From the NCBI GenBank assembly GCA_041752695.1, contig JBGSVZ010000092.1, positions 64,001-128,000 on the forward strand: a stretch of DNA of 64,000 nt, read 5' to 3'. The number at the start of each line of letters is the position of its first letter. Position 1 is the stretch's first letter. Shown piece by piece: positions 48,856-63,315 of this stretch. The DNA is from Terrimicrobiaceae bacterium (GTDB taxonomy: Bacteria; Verrucomicrobiota; Verrucomicrobiia; Chthoniobacterales; Terrimicrobiaceae). The notes beneath the pieces were generated by a model. That model had not been told where the DNA came from and did no database searches. It saw only the letters and a program-made list of their open reading frames with translations. The position numbers were made by a program, and so were the translations under genes.

Positions 48856-51325
48856 CTTCACACCTCGCGCGCAGCAAGTTCTGGCCCTGGCCCGCAAGGA
48901 GGCCGACCGTTTCAACCACAATTACGTGGGAACCGAGCACCTCCTTCTTGGCCTCATCAAGCTGGGACAAGGCGTCGCGGTCAACGTGTTGCAGAAAATG
49001 GGCCTGGACCTCGAAACCGTCCGCATGGAAGTCGAGAAACAGGTGGGTTCCGGACCGGAGACAAAGATGGTCGGGAACATCCCCTACACACCAAGGGTAA
49101 AGAAAGTGCTGGCCCTGGCCGGCAAGGAAGCCAAGGCGCTTCAGCATTCCTACGTTGGCACCGAGCACATTTTGCTCGGCCTGCTTCGTGAAGGCGAAGG
49201 CGTTGCTGCCCGCGTTCTGAAAAGCCTCGAAGTGGACATCGAACGCACCCGCAACGAGATCCTCAAGGAACTCGACCCCAATTTTGCCCCGCAGGAAGAA
49301 GGCGAAGGCGTACCCACCGAAGTTGGCGGGAAAAAAGACACCAAGACTCCGGCTCTCCGCGCCTTTGGCCGCGATCTCACCGAGATGGCCAAGAAGTCGG
49401 AACTCGATCCCGTCATTGGCCGGGCGGAGGAAATCGAGCGGGTCATCCAGATTCTTTGCCGCCGCACGAAAAACAATCCTGTCCTCATTGGTGAAGCCGG
49501 TGTGGGTAAGACGGCGATCGCCGAAGGCCTCGCCCAGGAAATTGTAGCTGGCAACGTGCCGGAACTCCTGGTCGACAAAAAAGTCATCACGCTCGACCTC
49601 GCCCTCATGGTGGCCGGCACAAAATATCGCGGGCAGTTTGAGGAACGCATTAAGGCTGTAATGGACGAAATCCGTCGCACTAAGAACGTCCTCCTTTTCA
49701 TCGACGAACTTCACACCATCGTCGGCGCAGGTTCCGCCGAGGGTGCCATGGACGCGTCGAACATCATCAAGCCCGCCCTGTCCCGCGGCGAGCTGCAGTG
49801 CATCGGTGCGACCACGCTCAACGAGTATCGCAAATACATCGAGAAGGACGCCGCCCTCGAGCGTCGCTTTCAGACCGTCAAAGTCGAGGCCCCAAGCGTG
49901 GAGCAAACGATCCAAATCCTGAAGGGGATTCGTCCGAAATACGAAGCGCACCACAAGGCGCGGATTCTCGATGAAGCCATTGAGGCTGCTGCGAAACTGT
50001 CAGACCGCTACCTCACCGGGCGTTTTCTGCCGGACAAAGCCATCGACGTGATGGACGAAGCCGGTTCCCGCGCGCGCATCGCCGCGATGACCCGCCCGCC
50101 CAACGTCAAGGACATCGAGGCCGACATCGAGAGGATACGCGGAGAAAAGGAAGCCGCCATCAAGGCGCAGGATTTCGAAAAAGCCGCCGCCCTCCGCGAC
50201 AGCGAGAAGCAGGCCAAGGACCGCCTCGACGCGATCCTCTCCGAATGGCGCGTGAGCAAGGGCGAAAAGGAAGTCGTCGTTTCCGTGGACGAAATCATGC
50301 ACGTCCTCTCCAAGTGGACCGGCGTGCCACTTTCGCGCATGGAACAGAAGGAAACCGCCAAACTCCTCGCCATGGAAAGCGAACTCAAAGGCAAGGTGAT
50401 CGGCCAGGACGAAGCCGTCATCGCGATCAGCAAGGCCTTGCGCCGCTCCCGTGCGGATCTCAAGGATCCCCGGCGTCCGATTGGCTCTTTCGTTTTCCTC
50501 GGCCCGACGGGCGTGGGCAAAACGTTCCTGGCTCGCACCCTGGCCGAGTTCATGTTCGGCGACGCCGACGCGCTCATCCAGATCGACATGTCTGAGTACA
50601 TGGAAAAATTCACCGCCTCCCGCCTCATCGGCTCGCCTCCGGGCTACGTCGGTTACGAGGAAGGCGGACAGCTCTCGGAAGCGGTGCGCCGCCGGCCCTA
50701 CTCCGTGGTCCTGTTCGACGAAATTGAAAATGCTCACCCCGACGTGATGCACCTTCTCCTCCAAATTCTGGAAGAGGGCAAAATCACCGACTCGTTGGCC
50801 CGCAAGATCGATTTCCGCAATACGATCATCATCATGACGTCCAACGTCGGTGCGGAGCTGATCAAAAAACAGACCCAGCTTGGATTCGGAGCGCCCAAGC
50901 TCGACGACAACTACGATAACATGCGGGAGAAAATCCTCGATGAAACCAAACGTGTCTTCAAGCCGGAGTTCCTCAACCGTCTGGATGACATCATCGTCTT
51001 CCACACCCTGACGAAGCCCGACCTCGTGACGATCGTGAATCTCGAAGTTTCCAAGGTGGTGGATCGCATCAAGTTGAAAAACATCCATCTGGAGCTCGAC
51101 GAAACCGCCAAGGACTTCCTCATCGAGAAGGGTTACGACCCGCAATACGGCGCGCGTCCGATGCGCCGAGCGGTCGAGAAATATCTCGAAGACCCGATGG
51201 CCGAGGACATGCTCCGCGGCAACATCAAGCCCGGCGAAACCGTGCAGGTGAAGCGCGATGGCGAAAAACTTGCCTTCAGCCCCGCGACGCCGACTCCCGA
51301 GCCCAGCGAAGCTGCGGCGGGTTAG
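48845..51325 (+). CDS. clpC: ATP-dependent Clp protease ATP-binding subunit ClpC
   Basis: Two Clp-N repeats; [17 protein letters not shown] middle domain; [20 protein letters not shown]. Confidence 0.95.
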   Translation: MMNNFTPRAQQVLALARKEADRFNHNYVGTEHLLLGLIKLGQGVAVNVLQKMGLDLETVRMEVEKQVGSGPETKMVGNIPYTPRVKKVLALAGKEAKALQHSYVGTEHILLGLLREGEGVAARVLKSLEVDIERTRNEILKELDPNFAPQEEGEGVPTEVGGKKDTKTPALRAFGRDLTEMAKKSELDPVIGRAEEIERVIQILCRRTKNNPVLIGEAGVGKTAIAEGLAQEIVAGNVPELLVDKKVITLDLALMVAGTKYRGQFEERIKAVMDEIRRTKNVLLFIDELHTIVGAGSAEGAMDASNIIKPALSRGELQCIGATTLNEYRKYIEKDAALERRFQTVKVEAPSVEQTIQILKGIRPKYEAHHKARILDEAIEAAAKLSDRYLTGRFLPDKAIDVMDEAGSRARIAAMTRPPNVKDIEADIERIRGEKEAAIKAQDFEKAAALRDSEKQAKDRLDAILSEWRVSKGEKEVVVSVDEIMHVLSKWTGVPLSRMEQKETAKLLAMESELKGKVIGQDEAVIAISKALRRSRADLKDPRRPIGSFVFLGPTGVGKTFLARTLAEFMFGDADALIQIDMSEYMEKFTASRLIGSPPGYVGYEEGGQLSEAVRRRPYSVVLFDEIENAHPDVMHLLLQILEEGKITDSLARKIDFRNTIIIMTSNVGAELIKKQTQLGFGAPKLDDNYDNMREKILDETKRVFKPEFLNRLDDIIVFHTLTKPDLVTIVNLEVSKVVDRIKLKNIHLELDETAKDFLIEKGYDPQYGARPMRRAVEKYLEDPMAEDMLRGNIKPGETVQVKRDGEKLAFSPATPTPEPSEAAAG

Positions 51326-51348
51326 GCGGACTTAGTCCTGAAACCTTT

Positions 51349-51383
51349 AAGCGGCCGGATGGGAGACCATCCGGCCGTTTTTT
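51349..51383 (+). terminator. Intrinsic terminator after clpC
   Basis: GCGGCCGGATGG-GAGA-CCATCCGGCCGT followed by a T run. Confidence 0.85.
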
Positions 51384-51464
51384 CGTTGGTGCACCGGCAT
51401 CTTGCCGCTTCCAGGCGCGGGCAAGCCGCTCCGCTAAGTAGGGGCGTGCCTTACGCGCGCCTTC

Positions 51465-52961
51465 TTACGGCAGCCGGGTGGAACCCATCAGGAAGCGGTC
51501 GCATTCCCTAGCAGCTCCGCGGCCTTCGTTGATGGCCCAAACGACGAGGGATTGGCCGCGGCGCATGTCGCCGGCGGCGAAGACGCCGGGGAGGTTGGTG
51601 ACGTATTTCTCGTGTTCGGCTTTCACGTTGCTGCGGGGGTCGGTTTCCAACTCGAATTGTTCGATGACGGTTTTTTCCGGCCCGAGGAATCCGAGGGCGA
51701 GCAAGGCGAGTTCGCAGGGAAGGGTGCGGGTGGTGCCTTCGACTTCCTGAGGCACAAAACGGCCCTGGGCATCTTTGCCCCATTGAATCTCGCAGATTTC
51801 CAAGCCGGAGAGGTTGCCGTCCGCATCCTTGAGGAAACGTTTGGTTTGCACCAGATAGTGGCGGGGGTCGCGGCCCTGGACGGCAGCGGCTTCTTCCTGG
51901 CCGTAGTCGAGTTTGTAAACCTTCGGCCACTCGGGCCACGGGTTGTTGGCGGCACGTTCCTTCGGAGGCTGAGGGAGGATTTCCAACTGGATGACGTTTT
52001 TGCAGCCGTGGCGCAAGCTGGTGCCCACGCAGTCTGTGCCGGTGTCGCCGCCGCCGATGACCACGACGTTTTTGCCGGTGGCGTTGAGGGCGGGGTTGGT
52101 GCCGTCGAATTTGTGGTCGAGCTGGTGGCGGGTGTTGGTGGTGAGAAATTCCATCGCGAGGTGGATGCCTTTCGCATCGCGATTTTCGATGGTGAGGTCG
52201 CGTCCGGCGGTGGCACCGCAACAGAGGACGACGGCGTCGAAATCCTTGCGTAGGCGCTTGGAGGTCCATTTGGCATCGGTGCCAATAGCCACGCCCGTGA
52301 GAAAAGTGACGCCTTCCGCGCGCATGAGATTGACTCGGCGGTCCACGATCTCCGTCTTGTCGAGTTTCATGTTGGGGATGCCATACATGAGCAGGCCACC
52401 GATGCGGTCGGCGCGTTCGAAGACGGTGACGGTGTGGCCGGCTTGATTGAGCTGGTCGGCGCAGGCCAGGCCGGCGGGACCGGAACCCACCACGGCTACG
52501 CGTTTTCCGGTGCGGTGTTTCGGCGGGTTAGGCTGGAGCCAGCCTTCCTCCCAGCCGCGGTCAATGATCGAGGCCTCGATGTCCTTGATCGTGACGGCGG
52601 GCTCGATAGAACCCAGCACACAGGAGCCCTCGCACGGGGCGGGGCAGACGCGGCCGGTGAACTCGGGGAAATTGTTCGTGCGGCGGAGGCGCTGCAGGGC
52701 TTCCTGCCAGCGGTTGCGGTAAACGAGGTCGTTAAATTCCGGGATGAGGTTGTTGATGGGACAACCGCTGGCCATGCCGGAAATCAGGATGCCGGTGTGG
52801 CAATACGGTGTGCCACAATCCATGCAACGCGAGGCCTGTTTGCCGACGGCGGCATCTTCGCGGTGTGCGTGAACTTCCTTCCAATCCTTCAGCCGCTCGA
52901 CCGGCGGTCGGTTTGGAATGGTTTTGCGTTCGACTTCGAGAAATCCGGTGGCTTTGCCCAT
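51465..52961 (-). CDS. gltD: Glutamate synthase small subunit
   Basis: [60 protein letters not shown]. Confidence 0.95.
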   Translation of the reverse strand: MGKATGFLEVERKTIPNRPPVERLKDWKEVHAHREDAAVGKQASRCMDCGTPYCHTGILISGMASGCPINNLIPEFNDLVYRNRWQEALQRLRRTNNFPEFTGRVCPAPCEGSCVLGSIEPAVTIKDIEASIIDRGWEEGWLQPNPPKHRTGKRVAVVGSGPAGLACADQLNQAGHTVTVFERADRIGGLLMYGIPNMKLDKTEIVDRRVNLMRAEGVTFLTGVAIGTDAKWTSKRLRKDFDAVVLCCGATAGRDLTIENRDAKGIHLAMEFLTTNTRHQLDHKFDGTNPALNATGKNVVVIGGGDTGTDCVGTSLRHGCKNVIQLEILPQPPKERAANNPWPEWPKVYKLDYGQEEAAAVQGRDPRHYLVQTKRFLKDADGNLSGLEICEIQWGKDAQGRFVPQEVEGTTRTLPCELALLALGFLGPEKTVIEQFELETDPRSNVKAEHEKYVTNLPGVFAAGDMRRGQSLVVWAINEGRGAARECDRFLMGSTRLP

Positions 52962-52989
52962 GGGAATTTAAAAAAATGGAAGGTTGGAA

Positions 52990-57675
<4,686 letters not shown>

Positions 57676-57974
57676 GTGCTTCAATTTTCGTTCGATAAAT
57701 CTATTGGGTAGGAGCCGGTTCGAGGGAGGAGCGAGAGTTGCTCACTCCCCCGCAGTCGACGGCCTGCATAAAACAAAACGCCCGAGCCTCCCGTGGCGAT
57801 GTGAAAATCACAGTTTTGACCGGATTTTTTCAAAAAAGGGCACGGAATCGATCTCTTCTCCCCCGAATCTTCACGATGGAGGCCCCGTAGCCTCAGTCAT
57901 GGTGTGCGAAGTATTATCTTTTCTTATAACTTGACCCTTCTCAGTAGCGGTTTTTTTGATATTCTTTTGTCCTC

Positions 57975-59387
57975 ATGATCTCATCGCCCGTCTCTCCCTC
58001 CGATACTCACCGAGTTGAAACCGACACCATGGGCCCGATTGCTGTCCCGCATGATCGCTACTGGGGGGCGCAGACGGCGCGTTCGCTCATTCATTTTGAC
58101 ATCGGCGACGACGTCAAGCCGCCGGAACTGATCAAGGCCCTCGGGGTTCTGAAGAAGTCCTGCGCCCTGGCCAACCGGGATCTCGGAAAACTCTCCGTCG
58201 AAAAGTGCGACCTCATTTCCCAGGCCGCCGACGAGGTCATCGCCGGAAAACTCGACGATCATTTTCCCCTGCGCATCTGGCAGACCGGGAGCGGCACACA
58301 GAGCAACATGAACGCCAACGAAGTCATCTCGAACCGCGCCATCGAGATCGCGGGTGGGGTGAAGGGATCCAAGACGCCCGTCCATCCCAACGACGACGTG
58401 AACATGTCGCAGTCCTCCAACGATACTTTCCCCACCGCGATGAACATCGCCGCCGCCTGTGTGGTGGTGGAGCGTTTGCTTCCCTCCGTGCGCAAGCTGC
58501 GCGACACGCTGGACGCCAAGGCCAAGGCATTTTCCGACATCGTGAAAATCGGCCGCACCCATTTGCAGGACGCGACCCCGCTCACGCTTGGTCAGGAATT
58601 TTCCGGCTGGGTCACTCTCCTCGACGAAGACATGAAGCGCGTCGAGCTTTCCCTGCCGGGCCTCTATTCCACGGCCATCGGTGGCACAGCGGTCGGCACG
58701 GGATTGAACTCGCATCCAGAATTCGGCGACCGCGCCGCGGCGCACATGGCGGCAATCACCGGACTCCCCTTCGTGGCGGCGCCGAACAAATTTGCTGCGC
58801 TCTCCGCGCACAATGAATTTGTCTTTGCCAGCGGGGCGCTCAAGAGCCTGGCGTGTTCATTGATGAAAATTGCCAACGACATCCGCTGGCTGGCCTCGGG
58901 TCCGCGCTGCGGCCTGGGCGAACTGACCATTCCGGAAAACGAACCCGGCTCCTCCATCATGCCCGGCAAGGTGAATCCCACCCAGTGCGAGTCGATCACC
59001 ATGATCGCCGTCCAAGTGATGGGAAATGACGCCGCCATTGGCTTCGCCGGGTCGCAGGGCAACTTCGAGCTGAACGTCTTCAAGCCGGTCATCATTTTCA
59101 ACTTCCTCAACTCCGCCCGCCTCCTGGCCGACGGCTGCGAATCCTTCGACGAACATTGCGCCAAGGGCATCGAACCCAACCGCGAAAAAATTGCCGAATA
59201 CGTGAAGACCTCGCTGATGCTCGTCACCGCGCTCAACCCGCATATCGGCTACGACAAGGCGGCCCAGATCGCCAAGAAAGCGCACAAGGAACGAACGGGT
59301 CTCAAGGACGCCGCGATTGCGCTCGGCCATCTCACCTCGGAGCAGTTCGATGAGTGGGTGAAGGCCGAGGAAATGACGCACCCCTGA
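57975..59387 (+). CDS. fumC: Class II fumarate hydratase
   Basis: [39 protein letters not shown]. Confidence 0.95.
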   Translation: MISSPVSPSDTHRVETDTMGPIAVPHDRYWGAQTARSLIHFDIGDDVKPPELIKALGVLKKSCALANRDLGKLSVEKCDLISQAADEVIAGKLDDHFPLRIWQTGSGTQSNMNANEVISNRAIEIAGGVKGSKTPVHPNDDVNMSQSSNDTFPTAMNIAAACVVVERLLPSVRKLRDTLDAKAKAFSDIVKIGRTHLQDATPLTLGQEFSGWVTLLDEDMKRVELSLPGLYSTAIGGTAVGTGLNSHPEFGDRAAAHMAAITGLPFVAAPNKFAALSAHNEFVFASGALKSLACSLMKIANDIRWLASGPRCGLGELTIPENEPGSSIMPGKVNPTQCESITMIAVQVMGNDAAIGFAGSQGNFELNVFKPVIIFNFLNSARLLADGCESFDEHCAKGIEPNREKIAEYVKTSLMLVTALNPHIGYDKAAQIAKKAHKERTGLKDAAIALGHLTSEQFDEWVKAEEMTHP

Positions 59388-59405
59388 GGGAGGGGCTTTG
59401 CCCGT

Positions 59406-59444
59406 AACGCCGAACGTTGAACGCCGAACTCTCAACGCTGAAGT
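59406..59444 (+). repeat. Third heptamer element (single arm)
   Basis: AACGCCG AACGTTG AACGCCG AACTCTC AACGCTG AAGT just after fumC. Confidence 0.9.
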
Positions 59445-59589
59445 TTCGGAATTGAATTCTCCACGTCGTTGTGGTGGGGCGCGTGACTCTGGCGGAGAGG
59501 GTCGCTTCTCCAAGCGGCAATATATCAATGTTAAATGGCAGCCCCCTTCGCGCTCGCCAATTTGGATCACGTCTGTTACGCCACGCTAA

Positions 59590-60069
59590 ATGAAGCGTTT
59601 CATCCTCCTCGCCTCCATACTTTCAACGTCCGCGGTAGCGCAAGAACCCGTAACCAATACTGCCGCTCCAATCGTTGCCGTAGACCCAATCTCACCCGCC
59701 GAGGCGCAGAAACGATTTGTGGCTCAAATAAAGGCCGACATCAAACGGGCCGAAGTGGAGATCGAGGCACCCCATAAGAATGTAGACCCTGAGGGTAAAA
59801 CCAACACCTACTTGGCGGAATACGATGGCAAGCTCGAATACGACATCAAAAAAACCGATTCCATCGTTTCACCATACACCGGTATTGCCGTGTGGGACGT
59901 GAAGTGGTCCCTCAACGGGCGTGATACTGGGATTCGAATGAGCTTTGTAGGAACCTACTCCTATCAAGATGGAGCGTGGGTTTTCAAAGGGCTCAAGCGC
60001 CGAGCTTATAACGAGGATGGGTCACCACATGACATGCCGGCGGATGAATATGTAGAAGCCTTCCAGTGA
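59590..60069 (+). CDS. Exported hypothetical protein
   Basis: Signal peptide MKRFILLASILSTSAVA; 159 aa. Confidence 0.75.
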   Translation: MKRFILLASILSTSAVAQEPVTNTAAPIVAVDPISPAEAQKRFVAQIKADIKRAEVEIEAPHKNVDPEGKTNTYLAEYDGKLEYDIKKTDSIVSPYTGIAVWDVKWSLNGRDTGIRMSFVGTYSYQDGAWVFKGLKRRAYNEDGSPHDMPADEYVEAFQ

Positions 60070-60488
60070 GTGAAACCTTGTTCGGCATACTTGGAATTCT
60101 CCTTGGCGCGTGGTTGGGGCATCGCTTCGATCTTGGTCGAAGTCGACTTCTAAAGCGAGAGTCGGATATTAAGGCCGAGCAAGTCACGTTTTTACCGATG
60201 ATCGAGGAGTCCAGGCAGAAGCTCACGAGCGGGCAGCCGTTATCGAACTGGAGAAAGCTCAAACCCAACATCAACGACGCAGCCAGACGTTTTCGTCTGT
60301 TCCTTCTGCCACGGCGACAAAAAACCTTCGATCTGATTTGGCAGGAACTTGCGACCCTCAAGGATTCCGATCTTCTGAACGTCAAAGGAACATGGTTCGG
60401 CCCGGAAGAAGAGAAGGAGTTGGTGGCCACTCAAATGAAGTTGATAGACAAATTAGGTCGGCTCTACGAATCCGTTGAGCGCTGCTAG
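60066..60488 (+). CDS. Hypothetical protein with N-terminal TM anchor
   Basis: GTGA overlap with the upstream gene; LFGILGILLGAWLG followed by a charged helical region. Confidence 0.7.
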   Translation: MSETLFGILGILLGAWLGHRFDLGRSRLLKRESDIKAEQVTFLPMIEESRQKLTSGQPLSNWRKLKPNINDAARRFRLFLLPRRQKTFDLIWQELATLKDSDLLNVKGTWFGPEEEKELVATQMKLIDKLGRLYESVERC

Positions 60489-61693
60489 ATGAGGTCGTCC
60501 AACATCTCGGGTAAGTCGGCAAGATCGTCATGGTGCATGAGGATCACGCCAGTCGCATTGGCGAGCTTCTTTGCCGAGGGCGTGTAGGTCTGGTTGGTGA
60601 CAACGACCGCGTGGTCAACCTCGTAGAAAAGTCGGGCGGCGGACACCTCTTGCACGGCTTTATTCCCTACTGGTTGCCCGTAGAGCTTGCATTGGACCAC
60701 GACGGTGGTCCCATCCTTCTCCGCAATCACGTCCGCACCTTGGTCGCCGCTGCCGGTGGTTCGCCTCGCCTTCCATCCATCGTTTTCGAGGAGTTCCGCG
60801 CAGTGGGCTTCGTATTCGTAGGGATTGGTGGGCACCTCCTTGCCACCCACCCGGGACTCGATGACGGTGTCGAACCCGTCCAGCATTTCGACAGTGAAGT
60901 AAACCTTACTCACGGCCCCAGAGAGGCTTTTCGTCACGAAGCTCCCAGCTTCCCCTTTATCTTCCTGTGCAAACCGCCGGAGTTCATTCAGCAAGTATTT
61001 GTCGAAGTATGCCCGGAGTTCCTTGTCCCAAGCTGTGGTATCTACCGCGCCATAATCATCCACAGTCCGCAGGATTTTCCGTTTCCGGGCCAGCGTTTTC
61101 ACGTGCTCTGGGGGCATCCGTTCAAGAACCTGCTGGGCAATAGCATTGATGAGAGGCATCCGCTTTTGGCGTTCCGTCTCCTGGGCAGCCATCAGTTCAG
61201 TAAGAGTCATCTTGCGGCGGGTGAAGAACGCCTTTTTGAGCATGTAGATAAGCAAGAGGGCGACTAGAGTGATGAATATGATGCTGCCGAGGTCTAAGGC
61301 CGACCACCAGCCCCGGTCCACCACTCTGGCGGCGGACGTAGAGACGGCAGCAGGTTGCGGGTAGGCGGCGGGTGCGAGCGTGGTAGCTGGCTTGAGTGTG
61401 GGTTCAGGAGTTGAGGCCGGCGTTGGTGTCGGCGTAGGGGTTGGTGTCGGCTCCTCGCCTACGAAAACGGTGGTGTTTACCCATCCCTCGGCGGTCCCAT
61501 TTTTCACGAAGGCTTTGCCGCCTTTCCTCTCGGACACTGTAACCGGGGTTCCTGCCTTGATTGCTACCTCCCCCACTTTTTTCCCGTCTATGACGAGCGG
61601 CAATCTAATGTCCTGATTGATGATCGGTCTGTCTTGGGCAAGGGCCGACCCGGCAACCAGAAGCATTGCTACTAGAGCCAAAGGGAATCTCAT
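60485..61693 (-). CDS. Single-pass membrane protein with C-terminal Mrr-type restriction endonuclease domain
   Basis: Signal peptide, SH3-like segment, PT repeats, TM IIFITLVALLLIYML, then EYE..C, GDQGADVIA, VQCK, AVQEV, VVTN..YT..A..LA. Confidence 0.85.
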   Translation of the reverse strand: MRFPLALVAMLLVAGSALAQDRPIINQDIRLPLVIDGKKVGEVAIKAGTPVTVSERKGGKAFVKNGTAEGWVNTTVFVGEEPTPTPTPTPTPASTPEPTLKPATTLAPAAYPQPAAVSTSAARVVDRGWWSALDLGSIIFITLVALLLIYMLKKAFFTRRKMTLTELMAAQETERQKRMPLINAIAQQVLERMPPEHVKTLARKRKILRTVDDYGAVDTTAWDKELRAYFDKYLLNELRRFAQEDKGEAGSFVTKSLSGAVSKVYFTVEMLDGFDTVIESRVGGKEVPTNPYEYEAHCAELLENDGWKARRTTGSGDQGADVIAEKDGTTVVVQCKLYGQPVGNKAVQEVSAARLFYEVDHAVVVTNQTYTPSAKKLANATGVILMHHDDLADLPEMLDDLI

Positions 61694-62029
61694 GGGACCC
61701 GTCTAACAAGAAACCCCTCAGGCGGCAAAAATTTCCTCCGGTCCTTGAGCGAGAGGGGAGAGGGCACTACTGTCCAAAACAGGAGTGAAAAAGGTCGCCT
61801 TGCGGGGTAAAAATGAGAAAGGGAGAGAGGGGGTAGCTATTCAATATTGACATCGTTCGAGGAAACGAGTCGGTCCGTGTATGCGGTGCGCCAGCACCGC
61901 CAACAACGACCAATGAGCTCGGGTTAAGCCCGGGGGTCAGTCAACAAATCCTGACAGAAAGCTTCGTCATGAGTAGCGGATTTCCTAATTATCGATCGCG
62001 GCGGGCGATTCGTTTTTTCAGTGGAACAG

Positions 62030-62533
62030 CTAATGGCGCATGAATTTTCGGACAATTTCTCTCGGCTTCGCGATCAAGAGAGAATCACCGTCAACACTGC
62101 AATCCTTGAGAAGCTTTTGCAGTCGCCCGCTGTGTTGCGCGTCGAGCATGTGATTGTCGCTACTCAATAAAATTGTAGCTCCAATCAAAGCCGCTTCTGC
62201 GATGATGAAAGAATCGTTTTCCTCCTCTTCAGGCAAAAGACTCTGGGCACGCAACTTGAAGCCAATTTGTTCGACGATTCCATGCCCGGCGGGAATGAGG
62301 TTGAGCGGTTGATACCCTCGGACAAGCATGTTCTCAAGAACCCCTTTCGCTGTAGCTCGTTTCTCTGGGCGGCTGCCCTCGATGGCAGCGTAAGCCAGTT
62401 CGTGGAGAACCGTTGGAGTGACAATGAATCGCACGCCCTTGATCCGTTCCCGGATTGTCCCGAGAGCGTCCAAAACGTCCTCGCTCCTCAGTTCTTCATC
62501 AAGAAGGACATTCGTATCAACTGCGATGAACAC
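62030..62533 (-). CDS. PIN-domain toxin (GTG start; alternative start at 62554)
   Basis: IAVDTNVLLD, TPTVLHEL, NDSFIIAEA, LLSSDNHM. Confidence 0.82.
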   Translation of the reverse strand: MFIAVDTNVLLDEELRSEDVLDALGTIRERIKGVRFIVTPTVLHELAYAAIEGSRPEKRATAKGVLENMLVRGYQPLNLIPAGHGIVEQIGFKLRAQSLLPEEEENDSFIIAEAALIGATILLSSDNHMLDAQHSGRLQKLLKDCSVDGDSLLIAKPREIVRKFMRH

Positions 62534-62690
62534 GCACGGCCTGCGACTGCCCATCGCGATAAATCATTGCCATGGCCGCTCCCATCAAGGATTGACGTTG
62601 AGAATCGGATAGCTTGTTCGCTTTTGCGCGAATTTCTTCCGCCATCCGGGTTCCCTTGGTAGCCTTCTCGTGCTTTTTGTTTTCGGCCAT
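62517..62690 (-). CDS. Putative 57-aa antitoxin
   Basis: MAENKKHEKATKGTRMAEEIRAKANKLSDSQRQSLMGAAMAMIYRDGQSQAVRVHRS*; directly upstream of and overlapping the PIN gene. Confidence 0.65.
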   Translation of the reverse strand: MAENKKHEKATKGTRMAEEIRAKANKLSDSQRQSLMGAAMAMIYRDGQSQAVRVHRS

Positions 62691-62765
62691 GATCGTTCTC
62701 GTAAGCTGCCATGTGCGGCAGGTGTCTGCATTTGTATGACACCTGAATACTCGCACATTGTGCGG

Positions 62766-62811
62766 AAAAAAACAAAAATTCGCCGACAGGCCATTGTCTG
62801 GCGGCGAATTT
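62766..62811 (-). terminator. Terminator-like hairpin upstream of the TA pair
   Basis: AAATTCGCCG...CGGCGAATTT perfect 10-bp arms (62776-62811), followed on the minus strand by TTGTTTTTTT. Confidence 0.5.
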
Positions 62812-62882
62812 GGACGGGCAACTCTCCTCCAAAGGTGCAGGAATTGCTCCAGGCCATACGAAAATGTTTCCCGATCTTGGAC

Positions 62883-63114
62883 GCACCAACGGTGCGGGAA
62901 TGCCATAGCCCAGCCCGGCAGGGCTGGGTTTATAGGAGCAGCGGAAGGCAGCCTGAAGGGCCGCGATAGGGCTGCATTTCCTGCGTCACCCATGGGGAAT
63001 TGGCAGCGTGGATCCACCTTCCGTTCCTTCCATCGCAGCCTTTCAGGCCGCCTTCCTTCCAGGCCAGAGACCTGGGCCTTCGACCCAGGCTGTGGGATGA
63101 CGGGCCTTCGGCCC
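62883..63114. repeat. Composite REP/REPIN-like palindromic element
   Basis: 25-nt arms 62943-62967 and 63032-63056 (22/25 complementary), flanked by hairpins at 62907-62930, 63071-63089 and 63102-63114. Confidence 0.7.
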
Positions 63115-63233
63115 TCACGCCATACCTTACCGAGGTTCAATCGCACCCCATTCAAGGGCATTCCCGGGCGGTTCCTTGACGGACGCCTAAAAATTCCCCG
63201 ACGCCGCATTTTTCGAATGACACATTGCGGTCA

Positions 63234-63249
63234 TGGAATGAAAGTTGCT
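63234..63249 (+). promoter_or_regulatory. Sigma-54-type -24/-12 promoter
   Basis: TGGAATGAAAGTTGCT has GG-N10-GC with TTGCT, 66 nt upstream of the second gltB. Confidence 0.6.
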
Positions 63250-63315
63250 ACCTGTCCTCCGCGGCACACCCGTCGCGAAGCCAACCGGAACATTATTTTG
63301 GGAAAAACCACCTGC

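Noticed and set aside
59400..63200. Prophage or integrative element
   Set aside because: No integrase, transposase or phage genes, and no convincing direct repeat at both ends (only an 8-bp TCTGGCGG match).
63140..63200. NtrC binding sites upstream of the sigma-54-type promoter
   Set aside because: GCACCCCATTCAAGGGCA only loosely resembles TGCACC-N5-GGTGCA, too weak to call.
62691..63209. Extensions of ORFs 62517..63209 and 62488..62889
   Set aside because: They run through palindromic repeat DNA and give Arg/Pro-rich unstructured translations.
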